From a virus, in the IMG/VR virus record IMGVR_UViG_3300028925_012628: 53,698 nt of DNA; one strand, given 5' to 3'. The translations under genes were made by a program, and so were the position numbers. Positions 42,001 to 52,317 of the stretch are shown here, piece by piece (positions within the stretch are counted from its first letter, which is position 1; the number at the start of each line of letters is the position of its first letter). A model generated the notes under the pieces. That model was not told the origin of the DNA. It ran no database searches and was given only the letters and a program-made list of their open reading frames with translations.

Positions 42001-45000
42001 TCCAAAAGATCCATTTGCACTTTCTGAACAGTGCTATCTGTAGCTTTGGCAATCGCTGCATTGTTTACAGATGCTTCAATCTCCTCGGGAGTGAGACGGA
42101 TGGTCGATCTTTCTTTATTGCCCGCTTTCTGTGCTGCATTTAGTTTCGTTCTGAGAGATTTAGGGATTCCCTTTAATGCAAGAATCTGCTTAACTGTTCC
42201 TAACGGAATCGTGAATGAAGTATATCCAGGGATCTCATCGGCTACACTGGCAGGGATCTCATCGGCTACCTTATTAAACCCTGAGTAATCACCTGCGTTC
42301 CACGACTTTCTTAAAGGGTCAATCTGAGCCCGAGTGTCAGCATGAAACCGCTTCACTCCCGCAGGCATATCCCCAAGGTGATTTTCAATGATGTTGATTT
42401 CATCAGGGTTTAATTCAAAGATACCTGAACCGCTTTTTTTATCTAACAATGTAGTAAATTTAGCATGTAGTTCAGGTCCACCTACTCCGTGCTCCACAAT
42501 ATGCTTAGCAGTTCCGTGGGTTATCTTCACTGGAGCCAAGGAGTCTACTCGGGGTGGGGCGTTGGGCATGTCAACCCACCCTTCTACTGGTGCTTGATCA
42601 TCTATTGTACGAATAAACGACTCGTCCATTGCCGCTGCTTCGTCAGAATAGTCCACGCCTTCACCAACAACTCTTTGTGCTACTGGGGTATCTGTTGCTG
42701 CTACTACATCTTCTGCTACATCTGCTGTTGCTGCTACTACTGGAGTATCTGTTGCTGCTACTACTGGGGCAACATTCTGTGTCGGCAACTCGCTCTTCCT
42801 TGCAACACTCTTAACTGTTACCTCGTTGATAGAATCCCAGTTGTTATCACTCAGGTATTTAGCAATCTGTTCTTCTGTTTCGATGCCCTGCTTAGCGAGA
42901 AGATTGTAGAGTTCATCCACATTCTTAAATGAAACACGGTCGCCACTTCCTATTGCAAAGCCACCTGGATTCTTAAACCATTCGGCTATCTCTGGACCCC
43001 ACGTACTCTCCGCACTTAGAGCGTATGCTTCCATGTGTGCCCACTCTTCTGGATTGTGGGTCTTAACCCGCTGTAACACATTACGCTTAGCAATCACTGT
43101 GTCCATATCTAAAGACTTAAACAGATCTCGTAGATTAACTAAGTCCCGACCAGAGGTTTTCGTTAGCTCATTGTACCCCTCTGAGAACCGTGCATAGGCA
43201 TGTGTCGCAGCAATCTCACCGACTAGCTTAGCCGCAGTACCTGCCCGCATCACATCTTCATAGTAATCTGTTGCTGCTTTAATTGGGTCGGCAGAATAGA
43301 TACGCATACCTTTGCCTGCCGCATCTGGATTTCCCTCGGCAAGCATCTTTGCTATTTCCCTAATCTTCGGACTCCCCTTATCAACAGCAACTAGAATTTC
43401 TTCTCCATTACGGATTCCTGTAAATAGTTCTCCCGCATTCCTGGAGGCAGCAATAGCAGCTGCATCTGTAACTTCTGCCATTACCCCATCGTCTATCAAT
43501 CGCAACAGATATTCCTCGTCCATCGCAGCATCTATCCAGTGTTCATCCTTTACTAACTTATCTATTAAATCCTCTACTGGCTTCTCAAGTATACTACCTT
43601 GAGCCCGTGAGAAATTATCTTGTCCGTACTTTTTGAACCAACGGTTGAGTGTCCACGTTCCGCCCTTGATGTTCCGAAGATAATCCTGTCGTTGATGCTG
43701 TCTTCCTGTGATTGGGTTTAAGTTTTTAGGAGAGCTGACTAACTCATCCCCTTCTCGGGCCACGATGCTTCCGTATGTTTCTTTGTTTTTGTTATCCCGT
43801 GCTTCCTTTATTCTCGCTGACAGACTTTGCTTAGGTGTTTTTGTGATGGTACGAGGATCGTATAAGGCATAGTCATCCGTCAGACGTTCGATGTTAATGC
43901 CATTCTTTTGGGAGTAGTTAAATGATTCGTCGCCCATCGCCTTGAGGATACCTAACTCTTGACTCACCGTTCGTGTTGTTCCATCAGGCATCTGAGTTTT
44001 TATGTCTGCCATGGATGATGGCAATCTTGGACTAACACGACCCTTCACTACACTGCTAGGCATGGCGAGTGCCCAGTCATCTGGATTGTTTCTTGCGAGT
44101 TTCCGCATTCCGTCGACGGCTTGGGATATCTGGTCAGGTGTATTAGCTTGCTTGAGACTATCAATGATACCCGTGTAAGCGGAGTCAAGTTCGTTCAGTG
44201 CTTTTTCATCAACATCCCCAGCAAGTCCTTTCAGTATCCGCTTGTTGGAACTAGCCATGCGGGCTAACTCACTAGCGTAGGAGAGATCGTACTCAGGGAG
44301 CTCCAATGCATCTGTTCCATCCTTGAACTGCCATCCTTCTTGGGACAGACCTATCGCATCCCTGTTTCTCTCTATTTCTTTAAGGGCTTCTTCCTTTACA
44401 AGATGTGGTTTCTGCTTCATCAACTCATCAATATTGAGTAATGGAGTCTTAGCTAGGCGAACACGCATAGACTCGGTTAATATGCGACCCTGATGGGCAG
44501 ATGATTCCATCCTGCGGACGTGTTCAAGAATATCTTCTTGGACATCTATCGTGCGTGCATCCCATAGCATCTTAGGATTGAATACTCTGTTGGCGTGTAA
44601 CCCTAACCAACTTCCCCGCAACTTCTTGCCACCAAGATCAAGTGCCCTGTGATACGAATCAAAGCCTTTGCCTAAACCTGTATCAAGTCCAAGGTTGTAA
44701 TTACGCATCTTCGCTTTTTCAGGCAACCAACCTAGCAGGGTCTTACGTATTCCCTTGTTTGTGTTGGCACCACTAAACAGAGTTGGAACACCATACTCGA
44801 ATGTTGCACCAAGCGACTCTGCCCCAACCTCACTTATCTTTCGGTTGAGAGCGGCACCCTCTAGTGTTGGATGTAGTGATGAAATTGCAGAGGTCAGGAT
44901 ATCCTTTGCACTCATCTGTGACGACACCCCTGGAACGTCCAGCACTTCGGTTAGGTTGTCTAGTAACTTAGTGGGGATAATTGGGCCAGTTCTTTGCTTA

Positions 45001-45866
45001 TACTTCTGCACATCAGCGGCTGCCTCCAGCACAGAGTCCGTCTTAATCCTAGTCATTAACTGACTCTCTGTTAAGCGAACACTAGCCATTGCCGCTTCAT
45101 TAACTTTCCTTGCCTGTACCGCCGCTTCAGGGCTATGCTTCAATGCACTTGCAATCTCCTCTTCACCACGTTTAAACGCATCAATGAAGTTTTTGCCTGG
45201 TGTATCGAGAACGCCACTTTTCCTTAGCAAGCTATTTGCGACATCATCATACTTAGCAGCACCCTTAACTACATTCATTGCAGTTGATTTACCAAGTGCC
45301 TTGCCGCCTTGGTTGAGCACCCTTGTTCCTTTAACCAATCCACCGCCTATAAAAGTTCCTGGATCTAATAAGATCTCCGCTAAGAATCCAGCAGTATCGC
45401 CCCAGTCTAGGCCCTCTTTGTTCTCGCCTAGAGCACCCCATGACTCCAGCATCTCACGACCACCGGTGTAGTCTTCACGCTTAGTCAACCCAACCCTGTC
45501 ACTTATAAGTCCCAGTGGACCTGTACTCAATAGCTCACGAGGTTTTCCTGCCAGCAACCCACGGATAGCCCGTCCACCAAACATGTGGTCGAATGTTTCC
45601 CCAACAAACTGTAGGCCAGACAGTAGCCCACCGCCAATCTTTTCCAGCACCCCTTCTTCAGCTTCGGGAGTGAGCTGGTTATACATGGGTCCAGAAGATT
45701 TGGCTTGCTCTACTAACGCCTTCTGCGTTTCCACTGGCGATGCCTTGCTGATCGGTCGTTGGTACATAGCAGCAATGTCAGGCACAGCAGGAGCACCACC
45801 CAGCGTAATAGGTTGAAGACCAAGTTTTCGTAATCGTGCATTGAGTTCAGCTAGTGGATCTTGCAT
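39066..45866 (-). CDS. Giant 2266-aa virion/ejection-type protein of unknown function
   Basis: Track ORF; the last gene of the minus-strand late operon. I recognised no catalytic motif apart from a weak ParB-like VVVIHGQHRIEK. Confidence 0.7.
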   Translation of the reverse strand: MQDPLAELNARLRKLGLQPITLGGAPAVPDIAAMYQRPISKASPVETQKALVEQAKSSGPMYNQLTPEAEEGVLEKIGGGLLSGLQFVGETFDHMFGGRAIRGLLAGKPRELLSTGPLGLISDRVGLTKREDYTGGREMLESWGALGENKEGLDWGDTAGFLAEILLDPGTFIGGGLVKGTRVLNQGGKALGKSTAMNVVKGAAKYDDVANSLLRKSGVLDTPGKNFIDAFKRGEEEIASALKHSPEAAVQARKVNEAAMASVRLTESQLMTRIKTDSVLEAAADVQKYKQRTGPIIPTKLLDNLTEVLDVPGVSSQMSAKDILTSAISSLHPTLEGAALNRKISEVGAESLGATFEYGVPTLFSGANTNKGIRKTLLGWLPEKAKMRNYNLGLDTGLGKGFDSYHRALDLGGKKLRGSWLGLHANRVFNPKMLWDARTIDVQEDILEHVRRMESSAHQGRILTESMRVRLAKTPLLNIDELMKQKPHLVKEEALKEIERNRDAIGLSQEGWQFKDGTDALELPEYDLSYASELARMASSNKRILKGLAGDVDEKALNELDSAYTGIIDSLKQANTPDQISQAVDGMRKLARNNPDDWALAMPSSVVKGRVSPRLPSSMADIKTQMPDGTTRTVSQELGILKAMGDESFNYSQKNGINIERLTDDYALYDPRTITKTPKQSLSARIKEARDNKNKETYGSIVAREGDELVSSPKNLNPITGRQHQRQDYLRNIKGGTWTLNRWFKKYGQDNFSRAQGSILEKPVEDLIDKLVKDEHWIDAAMDEEYLLRLIDDGVMAEVTDAAAIAASRNAGELFTGIRNGEEILVAVDKGSPKIREIAKMLAEGNPDAAGKGMRIYSADPIKAATDYYEDVMRAGTAAKLVGEIAATHAYARFSEGYNELTKTSGRDLVNLRDLFKSLDMDTVIAKRNVLQRVKTHNPEEWAHMEAYALSAESTWGPEIAEWFKNPGGFAIGSGDRVSFKNVDELYNLLAKQGIETEEQIAKYLSDNNWDSINEVTVKSVARKSELPTQNVAPVVAATDTPVVAATADVAEDVVAATDTPVAQRVVGEGVDYSDEAAAMDESFIRTIDDQAPVEGWVDMPNAPPRVDSLAPVKITHGTAKHIVEHGVGGPELHAKFTTLLDKKSGSGIFELNPDEINIIENHLGDMPAGVKRFHADTRAQIDPLRKSWNAGDYSGFNKVADEIPASVADEIPGYTSFTIPLGTVKQILALKGIPKSLRTKLNAAQKAGNKERSTIRLTPEEIEASVNNAAIAKATDSTVQKVQMDLLEALDDINKGKAPLPKEEIGPLVSADNMDELVVTIPKKLQPYLELDEIDTIENAHLQGHVSQDYEELVEYFDDGVSQVKPPEMPNQFVLGFGGGRDLMAEIERVIGRTNALTPKVVNDLESLRDQVGDAMTGQKKHWTIDASGARVPVVVDQKNLSDIAKSLDIKSPDAGEMVVTVGGKDIDVFEAYIATTRLDIKSTIVKPEDVPALRSYYIDNEYSDDVLEMMTEKANSNNPAMAITLPGGEVVVIHGQHRIEKTILENIEAAAQVPPKPQRHMNVYVLTKEQVDSLPAPKMYDPHSAVDGTRTEAEWVNSWVNGENNAYLLPTTGTQGSTQSLIDQASSIPGFGKLNIQDIPTKLPPTRALSTVPGNVSETVLPKISPKPAVAEAVEEVVDDAVVFLTGIDNPIPRSSLYNTDEFSNSFLKEHGENLFENMVIDPEIGGDLTRYLSSFVKHDVKSELQAATIWFTDLFKQYATSMWPAFHVRNVVSGFVNSMYGGAFDPDQWGPMRWIKPYLDAKALRKGNGVEGLGSVEYFRGRGLSDEAASQELIDGVVGGELLGPGQHMSDTAVEGSDRVGSFLNSKESIIPSINQAGDAVNPNTSFGERLTEAMSISEKELGGNLPGLRQLGRGTERVRAAGYQLGNEAEYYLRMAPVIAYLRKGMSLPDAIAKVKLTQVDYKALSQMERHYFRRIIPFYTFTRRQIPFVLEELSNPSSGMSMMTKGLTSAKRSMEDPNEPIPDWISTGVSVPLGKTDSGMNRYLTNMGGMIGGAEDVFSLLKPGHGVLDTVKRIGGGLMSRANPLLQAPVEHMADYSFFHQRPFSEMKSPTARLIGQVSGSEQLPKYPSVQLDALLSRLPGYGRAVSTARSLTDWPRRPIRGEDGNISVANILARTVPALSGVRITDTDLVGNRNKLLQQRIEEILSRNPNVSKFSKMYVPENRLGSLSPDELEAYLLYKKLGSEASKASYARRTAAAYAN

Positions 45867-45899
45867 TTAATGATATCCGATTTTAACACAGGACTTTTG

Positions 45900-48251
45900 T
45901 TATTGACCGCCCCCGTATCCCCCAGTACCCATTCCGGCTGTGTTATTGGGAGCAGGGTTAAATCCTGGAGCCATGTATTGACTTCTATTTTGCAACGCCT
46001 CTATCTCTGCAATATTTGGAGGCATTTCGCCATTACCAGTCATTAATGAATTAAAAAACTCAGTTACCATTTTCCAAACTACAGGGTCTATTGATTCCGG
46101 TGGGGTGCTAAGCATAACATTACCATAACGAGGCATTCCTAGATTCAGCTTTGAACCTAGTGCTATCAATCCATCTGCACTGCCTAGTTTTCTGCTACCT
46201 CGTATTAAAGCTATTACATTCCGCGCTGCCGCAATCATACCTACACCAGTGGCATCAAAATCTAATGCATCCTGAACAGGTGATAACATACCCATCTCTT
46301 GCAATTGTGCATTAGCCTCATCCAGCGGAATAGTATCGTCAGTATTCAACTCTGGCGTGCCTTCAGTGGTCGTGGTTTCCTCTCCCACTTCAGCTGTTGA
46401 CTCTTCTGCCATCACATCTGTTAGCTCTTCAGTGGTAGGTTCACCACCTGCCTCCAATTCGTCAATGTTAGTTTCTATATCTAGAATTTCTTGTTCTATT
46501 AAATCAATCTGATCCTGGATCTTTCTTTGTTTATCTTGACTCGGCTCTCCATTTTTCTTTGCCAGCAATGCGAGGTGAGCATTCTTCAGATCAGCCAGCT
46601 TAAGTCTTCCATCTACAAGTGCATCTTGCTTCGCTTCTGCTGCATCTTCACGATCCCCTTTCCTCTCGCTGCTTCTTCTATTTGCGTCCCCCTCTGCTTT
46701 ATCTACTTCTGCCTTAGACGCTGCTGCCTTGGCATCTATCTCACCCTTGGCTTCCAGAAGTGCTAAGTCTTTCTGGTGATCATTGAGCGTGTTGTCAGAA
46801 TCAATCTTAGCCTCTGCCTCTGCCTTAGCCTTTACTGCATCAGCGGCTATCTGAGCTATCCTGACCGACGCAGCCTCATCACCATAAGCAAATGGGTTCT
46901 CTGGATTACGCCAGCCTTTGTCAATTTTTCTATTTCTAGCCAGCAATCCCTTGCGTCGTTCCTTTTTGCTGATTCGTTTTCCTGCTGTAGACTCTGCTCT
47001 GCCTGCTTGACTCTCAGATATGTACTGATCCTGCTCAGAATAAGGTTCGTCATCAGCTGCCCTTGCGTATCCACCCTTAGCCTGTCGCATACGTACCTTG
47101 CCGGATGACTCCTTGTCTCGTCCCTGTTGTTCACGAGCACCAGGTTTATCTCTGAAAATCACTCTCGTTATATTGCCATTCTCGTCCTTCACTTCTATAC
47201 GGTCCTTGAGCGATTTGTCATACAGACCACCACCAACAGTACCCTCTGTAGTTTCGGTAACTGGAATGGAGTCATTGCCTGGCTCGTGACCTGCGTCAAT
47301 CAACGCTCTGTTCTTGTCTTCATTCTCTTTATTGAGACGACGCTGCGTATCAGCCATCTCATCATTCATGGTTCCCTTCGTGCGTTTGTCCATCTCAACA
47401 TCCATTGCTGCATTTCTAATGGCTTCCTCAGCATGGTACTTCTGAACCCACGGGGAATCTTCTGGAGATATTGGACCACCATCACGTCTGCCGGAATCAA
47501 GGTTATCAATGCGTCTTTGTGCCTCGTCGGCATCCATCTGGTCCTTGGGATTTTCATAGCCAGCACTGTTTGGATTTGCCAAGCGTTCCTCAGAAGCTGC
47601 ATCATCCTCCTCAATAATTTCTGTAGTGCGTTCATTGAATTCTTTTTGTGTCTCAGTATGGGCATCAAATTTTTCATCGAAGCGAGCACCATCAACAGCC
47701 ATCTCTCCTGCGATTCTTTCCTCTTCCTCTTCCATCCCCATAAAACCTTTGCGGCCTTCTTCTAGGGCTTCGCTGCTAGCCTTGCCAGTATAGTATTCCA
47801 TCTCTTGCTCTGATGGCATTTCGGGCTCACCACCATGTTCAGGCTCGACAGTTGTATCCACTCCCCTGTTTAACTCTTCTTCTTCTTTAGTTAGTTGACG
47901 GACGGTTTCAGGAACTGGTTCGTCCCCCCTCCTAAGATCTGTCTCGATGGCAGATGATTCAACTTCAGGCATAACCGGTGGGGCAATACCTGCTTCTGCG
48001 ATGTTGGCAGGCGGTTGCACTGCGCTTAACATCATAGATTCCATAGATTGCCCTGTTGGATCTTCCATTGCAAAACGATCATCGGGTTTCCGAACTTGCG
48101 TTTCACGAAGCAGACCACCGCCGGGACCAGCCGATGCCTCAGCAGTAGCTAACGCCCTAGCATCCTCTTGAGAGATTCTTCCCCCACTCGCTGAACGGAT
48201 TTCTCTAACTCGTCGGTCTATTTGTTGTCGTGGTTGTTCGTATGTAGCCAT
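45900..48251 (-). CDS. Acidic 783-aa virion/ejection-type protein
   Basis: Track ORF 45900..48263. The ATG at 48251 overlaps the upstream TAA (TAATG). Long D/E/K-rich and coiled regions. Confidence 0.65.
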   Translation of the reverse strand: MATYEQPRQQIDRRVREIRSASGGRISQEDARALATAEASAGPGGGLLRETQVRKPDDRFAMEDPTGQSMESMMLSAVQPPANIAEAGIAPPVMPEVESSAIETDLRRGDEPVPETVRQLTKEEEELNRGVDTTVEPEHGGEPEMPSEQEMEYYTGKASSEALEEGRKGFMGMEEEEERIAGEMAVDGARFDEKFDAHTETQKEFNERTTEIIEEDDAASEERLANPNSAGYENPKDQMDADEAQRRIDNLDSGRRDGGPISPEDSPWVQKYHAEEAIRNAAMDVEMDKRTKGTMNDEMADTQRRLNKENEDKNRALIDAGHEPGNDSIPVTETTEGTVGGGLYDKSLKDRIEVKDENGNITRVIFRDKPGAREQQGRDKESSGKVRMRQAKGGYARAADDEPYSEQDQYISESQAGRAESTAGKRISKKERRKGLLARNRKIDKGWRNPENPFAYGDEAASVRIAQIAADAVKAKAEAEAKIDSDNTLNDHQKDLALLEAKGEIDAKAAASKAEVDKAEGDANRRSSERKGDREDAAEAKQDALVDGRLKLADLKNAHLALLAKKNGEPSQDKQRKIQDQIDLIEQEILDIETNIDELEAGGEPTTEELTDVMAEESTAEVGEETTTTEGTPELNTDDTIPLDEANAQLQEMGMLSPVQDALDFDATGVGMIAAARNVIALIRGSRKLGSADGLIALGSKLNLGMPRYGNVMLSTPPESIDPVVWKMVTEFFNSLMTGNGEMPPNIAEIEALQNRSQYMAPGFNPAPNNTAGMGTGGYGGGQ

Positions 48252-51200
48252 TATGCATTCCAACTAGAGGCGTTTGCGTTGTACATTGAATTAAGTAATT
48301 GTCTGTCTACTGCTTCCCGAGCTAACCGGTCATCAGCGTCAGCATAAAAATCTTGTGCTGTCATGCCAGCTTCTTGCAATCCAAGTTGATGCGCCAGTTC
48401 TCTGCGATTACGTACTTGATCTGCATGTTGCATTGCATACTGCCATGGTATATCAATCTCTGCTTTGCGTGAACCCAACAATGATTGTACCAAAGGAGAG
48501 ATTTTTCTCTGTGACTCTGTTCCTGTATCAATACTCATTCCCTGCTGAGCCTGCAAACCAGTACCACCTACGGCCTGATTGTACTCGCCCCAGTTCTGAG
48601 CTACCTGATTGTTCACCAGTGCCTGTATCTGTGACGGCTCTACACCACGACGACGCATGTCTGCTTTAGTTAGTCCACCAGCATTACTAACTAACATGTT
48701 ACCACCATAGTCAATATTACCATCACTGTCTTGCATAACGTCTAAGGGCACGCCTGAGAGCTCAGGAGCCAAATCGTAATCATCACGATCACGCCTTTCT
48801 ATCTTCTTATTCTTGCTAAGATCAATTGCATCACCACTCTCTGGTGGGAGGCTGATTTCTGGGCTAGATAAATCTTTACCATCACCGAGGTAAATTGTTT
48901 CCTCATCCTCCGTGGCCGGTGGACGGATAACCCCTGGAGTAGTTAGATTTGTACCACCATCGAGGTGTCTTCTTTCTTCTTCCCCAACAAGTTGATCTTG
49001 TCCTCTTTCAGGAAGTTCACCGCCCACTGATGCTGATCTACTTGCTGCTGCCTGCCTTGTCTGTGCCCAGTCTTCTGTGTCAGCAGGTGCACTAGTATTA
49101 GTCTTACCAAACTCTGCACCCCTGTAGACATACCCTCCACCGGACGTATCCCAGTTATCAGGATTGTTTAGGTCTTCGGGGCTAGCTGAGCCTGCATCTG
49201 CTTCCGGTGCTTGAACAGTCCTATTGTCACCCCCGAAACCTTCTATCTCATTCCAATATCCGATTTCTCCATGCCCATCGCCTTCATCATCATAAGCAGC
49301 ATCGCCTACTTCAGAGAACTTATCTGCTGGGTCAGGGGTATATGGCTGAAGACCACCTTCGTTGGCCATGTCACCGCTCCATCCAGCATCCCAGCTCCAC
49401 TGCTTACCATTCTCATCCTCAAATATTTTAAGGGTTGTTTCCGAGCGGGAGCCAGGGTATTGAATTTTTTCCCCTACCTCTTTCATTCCTTCAGTGCCAG
49501 GAACCTTCTCTGCTGCTAGGTTACCACCACCTTCGTCCGCTGGTCCTTCTTTACCAACCTCAGTCCATTCTGCTTTGCCTGGCCAGTTATCGTTTGCCCA
49601 TACGCTACGCTCAAAGCGACGACCATCTGCTCCTTCAAAAGTCGTTACTTTATGGCCTGCATACATCGGGCCACTGCCTCTGTTACTCTCTTCATCGACC
49701 TGACGCATCTTCAACCCGTAGGCTTTGTCAATTCCTAACTCTTCCTGTATACGTTTGGAACCTTCAACATCTCTTGTGTTTAAGTCTCCGTGGAACATGC
49801 TCCATGCAGCTATCCCTTCGTCTTTCTTTTTTGTTTCCTCAAGCATCTCAGGCGTTGGGTCTACCGATACTACACGTCCGTTCTCGTCCGCAAACTCTCC
49901 ATACGTAGGGATGCCAGGCTTGCCGATGTCAGACATTTTGTAGTAGTACTTGCCATCCTTCTTACCACCAATATTAACCTGCCCAAACCTACGTCTACCG
50001 TCAACCAGTCTACGTCTTTCTGCTGCTTCTGCTTTTGCCTTGGCCCTTGCATCTTCTCTCGGCCTTACCTTCGGTTCATCACTAACTTCACCGGCATCTA
50101 CCTTATCCTTGAATTCTTCAAGTGCTGGCTTGTCCTTATTTTCCTGCCATCCAGCAGGAGGATCAATAAACATCACATTCCAATTACCTGACCCCTTGGG
50201 GTACTCCGATGCAAAACCACCGTATTCACCCTCTTTCCTGTCAGAGTCTTTCTTGTACTGTTTTCCATTGACAGTAACCATATCTGGCTTAACTGCTGGC
50301 GTGACCATTGGTGGTCCAACTGCACGAGGGTCGGGGTCTGTACCATAGTTGCGACCTGGTTCTAGTTCCGTCTTCTCTCCTGCATCATCTGCTGGCTTAT
50401 CCTGTCCTTCTTTATCCCATTCATCGAACGGAGGAGAATTACCATTATTCTCTTTAACGTATTTGTCTATCCTAGCCTTCCCATATTGCTTGTGGTATTC
50501 CTCTTTTCTGTCAGGACCGACTGACCCCCAGCCTTCCCAAGATGGCTCAAACTTTGGCTTCACTGGATCTGGTGTATCGTCCGATTGGTCTGGTAGAGGC
50601 TGTCCAGGGTTCTGCTCTCGCCACTCGGCTTCTAGGCCAGAATCCATCGGACTACCAGCTGATCCACCACTGAATGAATCACCATGTACTGGTGGCTGTT
50701 CCTGTTCTAGGTTACCACCGCCATCATCCATAACCCTGTTGTTCACTGGATCAAAACCTGGAGGTGTAGCTATGGTAGGAGATTCACTACCGGAAGGAGC
50801 CACCTCTTCGTTGAACTGGCTGGTTGTAGGCAAGCTGTTGGGGCCCGCTACTTGGGCCTCCGTAAAATCCGAGGGGGAACCTCCAGACAAGGCATTACTT
50901 AAGGCATCTCCGCCAGCCTGTGCATCTCCGCCAGCCGGTGCTTGTCCGCCAGCAAATGAGCTTCTCCCTACAAGATTATTTTTGCTTTTGTCCGCAGCAC
51001 TATCAATTATTTGTTGTTGAATATCATTGCCCAGCTCAGGAGTGAGATCTCCCTGTCCATAAGGCAGACCAGTGGCATCCCCCATTAGTTCAAGTGCTTC
51101 ATCATGAAAATTCGTCATGTCATTATACGAAAACCCGCCCATACGAGTGTCTGGGGCCCATTCAAATGGGTCCCATGTGTTGGTGTCTTTCCCTTGAGGT

Positions 51201-52303
51201 ATTTGGCCAGGATTACCGGGACGATCACCAACTTCACCTTGTTGCTTTCCAAGAATTGGACCGCCAGGGAATACTTCAGGCTGTTGCATCGGGGCTTGCC
51301 CTTCCGGTCCGAAGCCCTGTCCGAAGGCTGACGCTACAGGGTCGTTCTGATATGGAGCCATATCAGGCTGACCGTAATCTTGCTGCGTCTCCATTGTGTC
51401 AGGACCCATGTCAATAGTCGGGTTATCAAACTGACTGTAATTTTGCTCGCTCCACTCTGGGCCATAATTCGCATCATCAAGGGGAGTTGCAGTGGGAGTT
51501 GGAGTGGGACTTCCTCCGCCCATTCCTTCCATGCCTCGCCAGCTACCGGCTCGGATAGGCCCTCTTCCTAGCTGGGAACCCATGCTGTTCATTCCAGAAA
51601 TGACAGGGTCTCCGCTCCATGGTGGCTGTGTTCCGCCTTCTGGACGGGGATATAGTTCAGGTGGATTCTGACCATACCAGTTGTGTGGCCGTCTTTGTCT
51701 CCCATCATCCATAACCAACTTTCGCCCATCACCATCTGTTGGCCAGTCTATGGGTTTATATGGGTACTGTTCCTGACCGCCAGGTCCAGCCATATCACCA
51801 GTTCCAGCGACCATTCCCATAGGATTGGCACCACCCATATCACCAGCTGCACCGCCGCTGTAATAAATGGGAGGCTGAATGTCACCTTCTCCAGCGACTT
51901 TATTAATGAAACCACGGTCTGGGTCAACAAAAGTCTCAGTAGAGGGTAGCTGGGGTGGATGTAGAGTTAATCTGTCTGCTCCAGTAGGCAGAGCGTTCAT
52001 GCTGCCCATACCAGCCAAGCCCGGTTGATTGCCCATGCCATCACTAAGACCCATTGCATTATTGCTATTAAATCCAGCGGCCAACTCACCAGCCCTAGTA
52101 TCTGCCTGTAGGATGGATTCTTCTTTCCTCGCATACTCGGCAGGATCAGTACCAAAGCCACCACCCGTGCCAAATGCATCCTTGAATGGATCGCCAGACT
52201 TCTTCTGGTTCTTCTGAGTGCCATTGTATGCACCTGGTCCATTACCGGCACGTTTTGGTTTCGTGGGATTTCCAGGGCCGTATTGGTTTGTGTTCTGTGG
52301 CAT
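48251..52303 (-). CDS. 1350-aa Gly/Pro/Asp/Trp-rich low-complexity virion/ejection-type protein
   Basis: Track ORF; starts 14 nt after the stop of the giant wrap-around ORF. Confidence 0.65.
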   Translation of the reverse strand: MPQNTNQYGPGNPTKPKRAGNGPGAYNGTQKNQKKSGDPFKDAFGTGGGFGTDPAEYARKEESILQADTRAGELAAGFNSNNAMGLSDGMGNQPGLAGMGSMNALPTGADRLTLHPPQLPSTETFVDPDRGFINKVAGEGDIQPPIYYSGGAAGDMGGANPMGMVAGTGDMAGPGGQEQYPYKPIDWPTDGDGRKLVMDDGRQRRPHNWYGQNPPELYPRPEGGTQPPWSGDPVISGMNSMGSQLGRGPIRAGSWRGMEGMGGGSPTPTPTATPLDDANYGPEWSEQNYSQFDNPTIDMGPDTMETQQDYGQPDMAPYQNDPVASAFGQGFGPEGQAPMQQPEVFPGGPILGKQQGEVGDRPGNPGQIPQGKDTNTWDPFEWAPDTRMGGFSYNDMTNFHDEALELMGDATGLPYGQGDLTPELGNDIQQQIIDSAADKSKNNLVGRSSFAGGQAPAGGDAQAGGDALSNALSGGSPSDFTEAQVAGPNSLPTTSQFNEEVAPSGSESPTIATPPGFDPVNNRVMDDGGGNLEQEQPPVHGDSFSGGSAGSPMDSGLEAEWREQNPGQPLPDQSDDTPDPVKPKFEPSWEGWGSVGPDRKEEYHKQYGKARIDKYVKENNGNSPPFDEWDKEGQDKPADDAGEKTELEPGRNYGTDPDPRAVGPPMVTPAVKPDMVTVNGKQYKKDSDRKEGEYGGFASEYPKGSGNWNVMFIDPPAGWQENKDKPALEEFKDKVDAGEVSDEPKVRPREDARAKAKAEAAERRRLVDGRRRFGQVNIGGKKDGKYYYKMSDIGKPGIPTYGEFADENGRVVSVDPTPEMLEETKKKDEGIAAWSMFHGDLNTRDVEGSKRIQEELGIDKAYGLKMRQVDEESNRGSGPMYAGHKVTTFEGADGRRFERSVWANDNWPGKAEWTEVGKEGPADEGGGNLAAEKVPGTEGMKEVGEKIQYPGSRSETTLKIFEDENGKQWSWDAGWSGDMANEGGLQPYTPDPADKFSEVGDAAYDDEGDGHGEIGYWNEIEGFGGDNRTVQAPEADAGSASPEDLNNPDNWDTSGGGYVYRGAEFGKTNTSAPADTEDWAQTRQAAASRSASVGGELPERGQDQLVGEEERRHLDGGTNLTTPGVIRPPATEDEETIYLGDGKDLSSPEISLPPESGDAIDLSKNKKIERRDRDDYDLAPELSGVPLDVMQDSDGNIDYGGNMLVSNAGGLTKADMRRRGVEPSQIQALVNNQVAQNWGEYNQAVGGTGLQAQQGMSIDTGTESQRKISPLVQSLLGSRKAEIDIPWQYAMQHADQVRNRRELAHQLGLQEAGMTAQDFYADADDRLAREAVDRQLLNSMYNANASSWNA

Positions 52304-52317
52304 CTTATAATCCTAAG

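Noticed and set aside
39066-45866. I looked for the DxDGD/NADFDGD-type metal-binding motif of two-barrel RNA polymerases and for HExxH peptidase motifs in the giant proteins.
   Set aside because: I found neither motif by eye in any of the four proteins. A virion RNA polymerase or peptidase role therefore remains a hypothesis, not a call.
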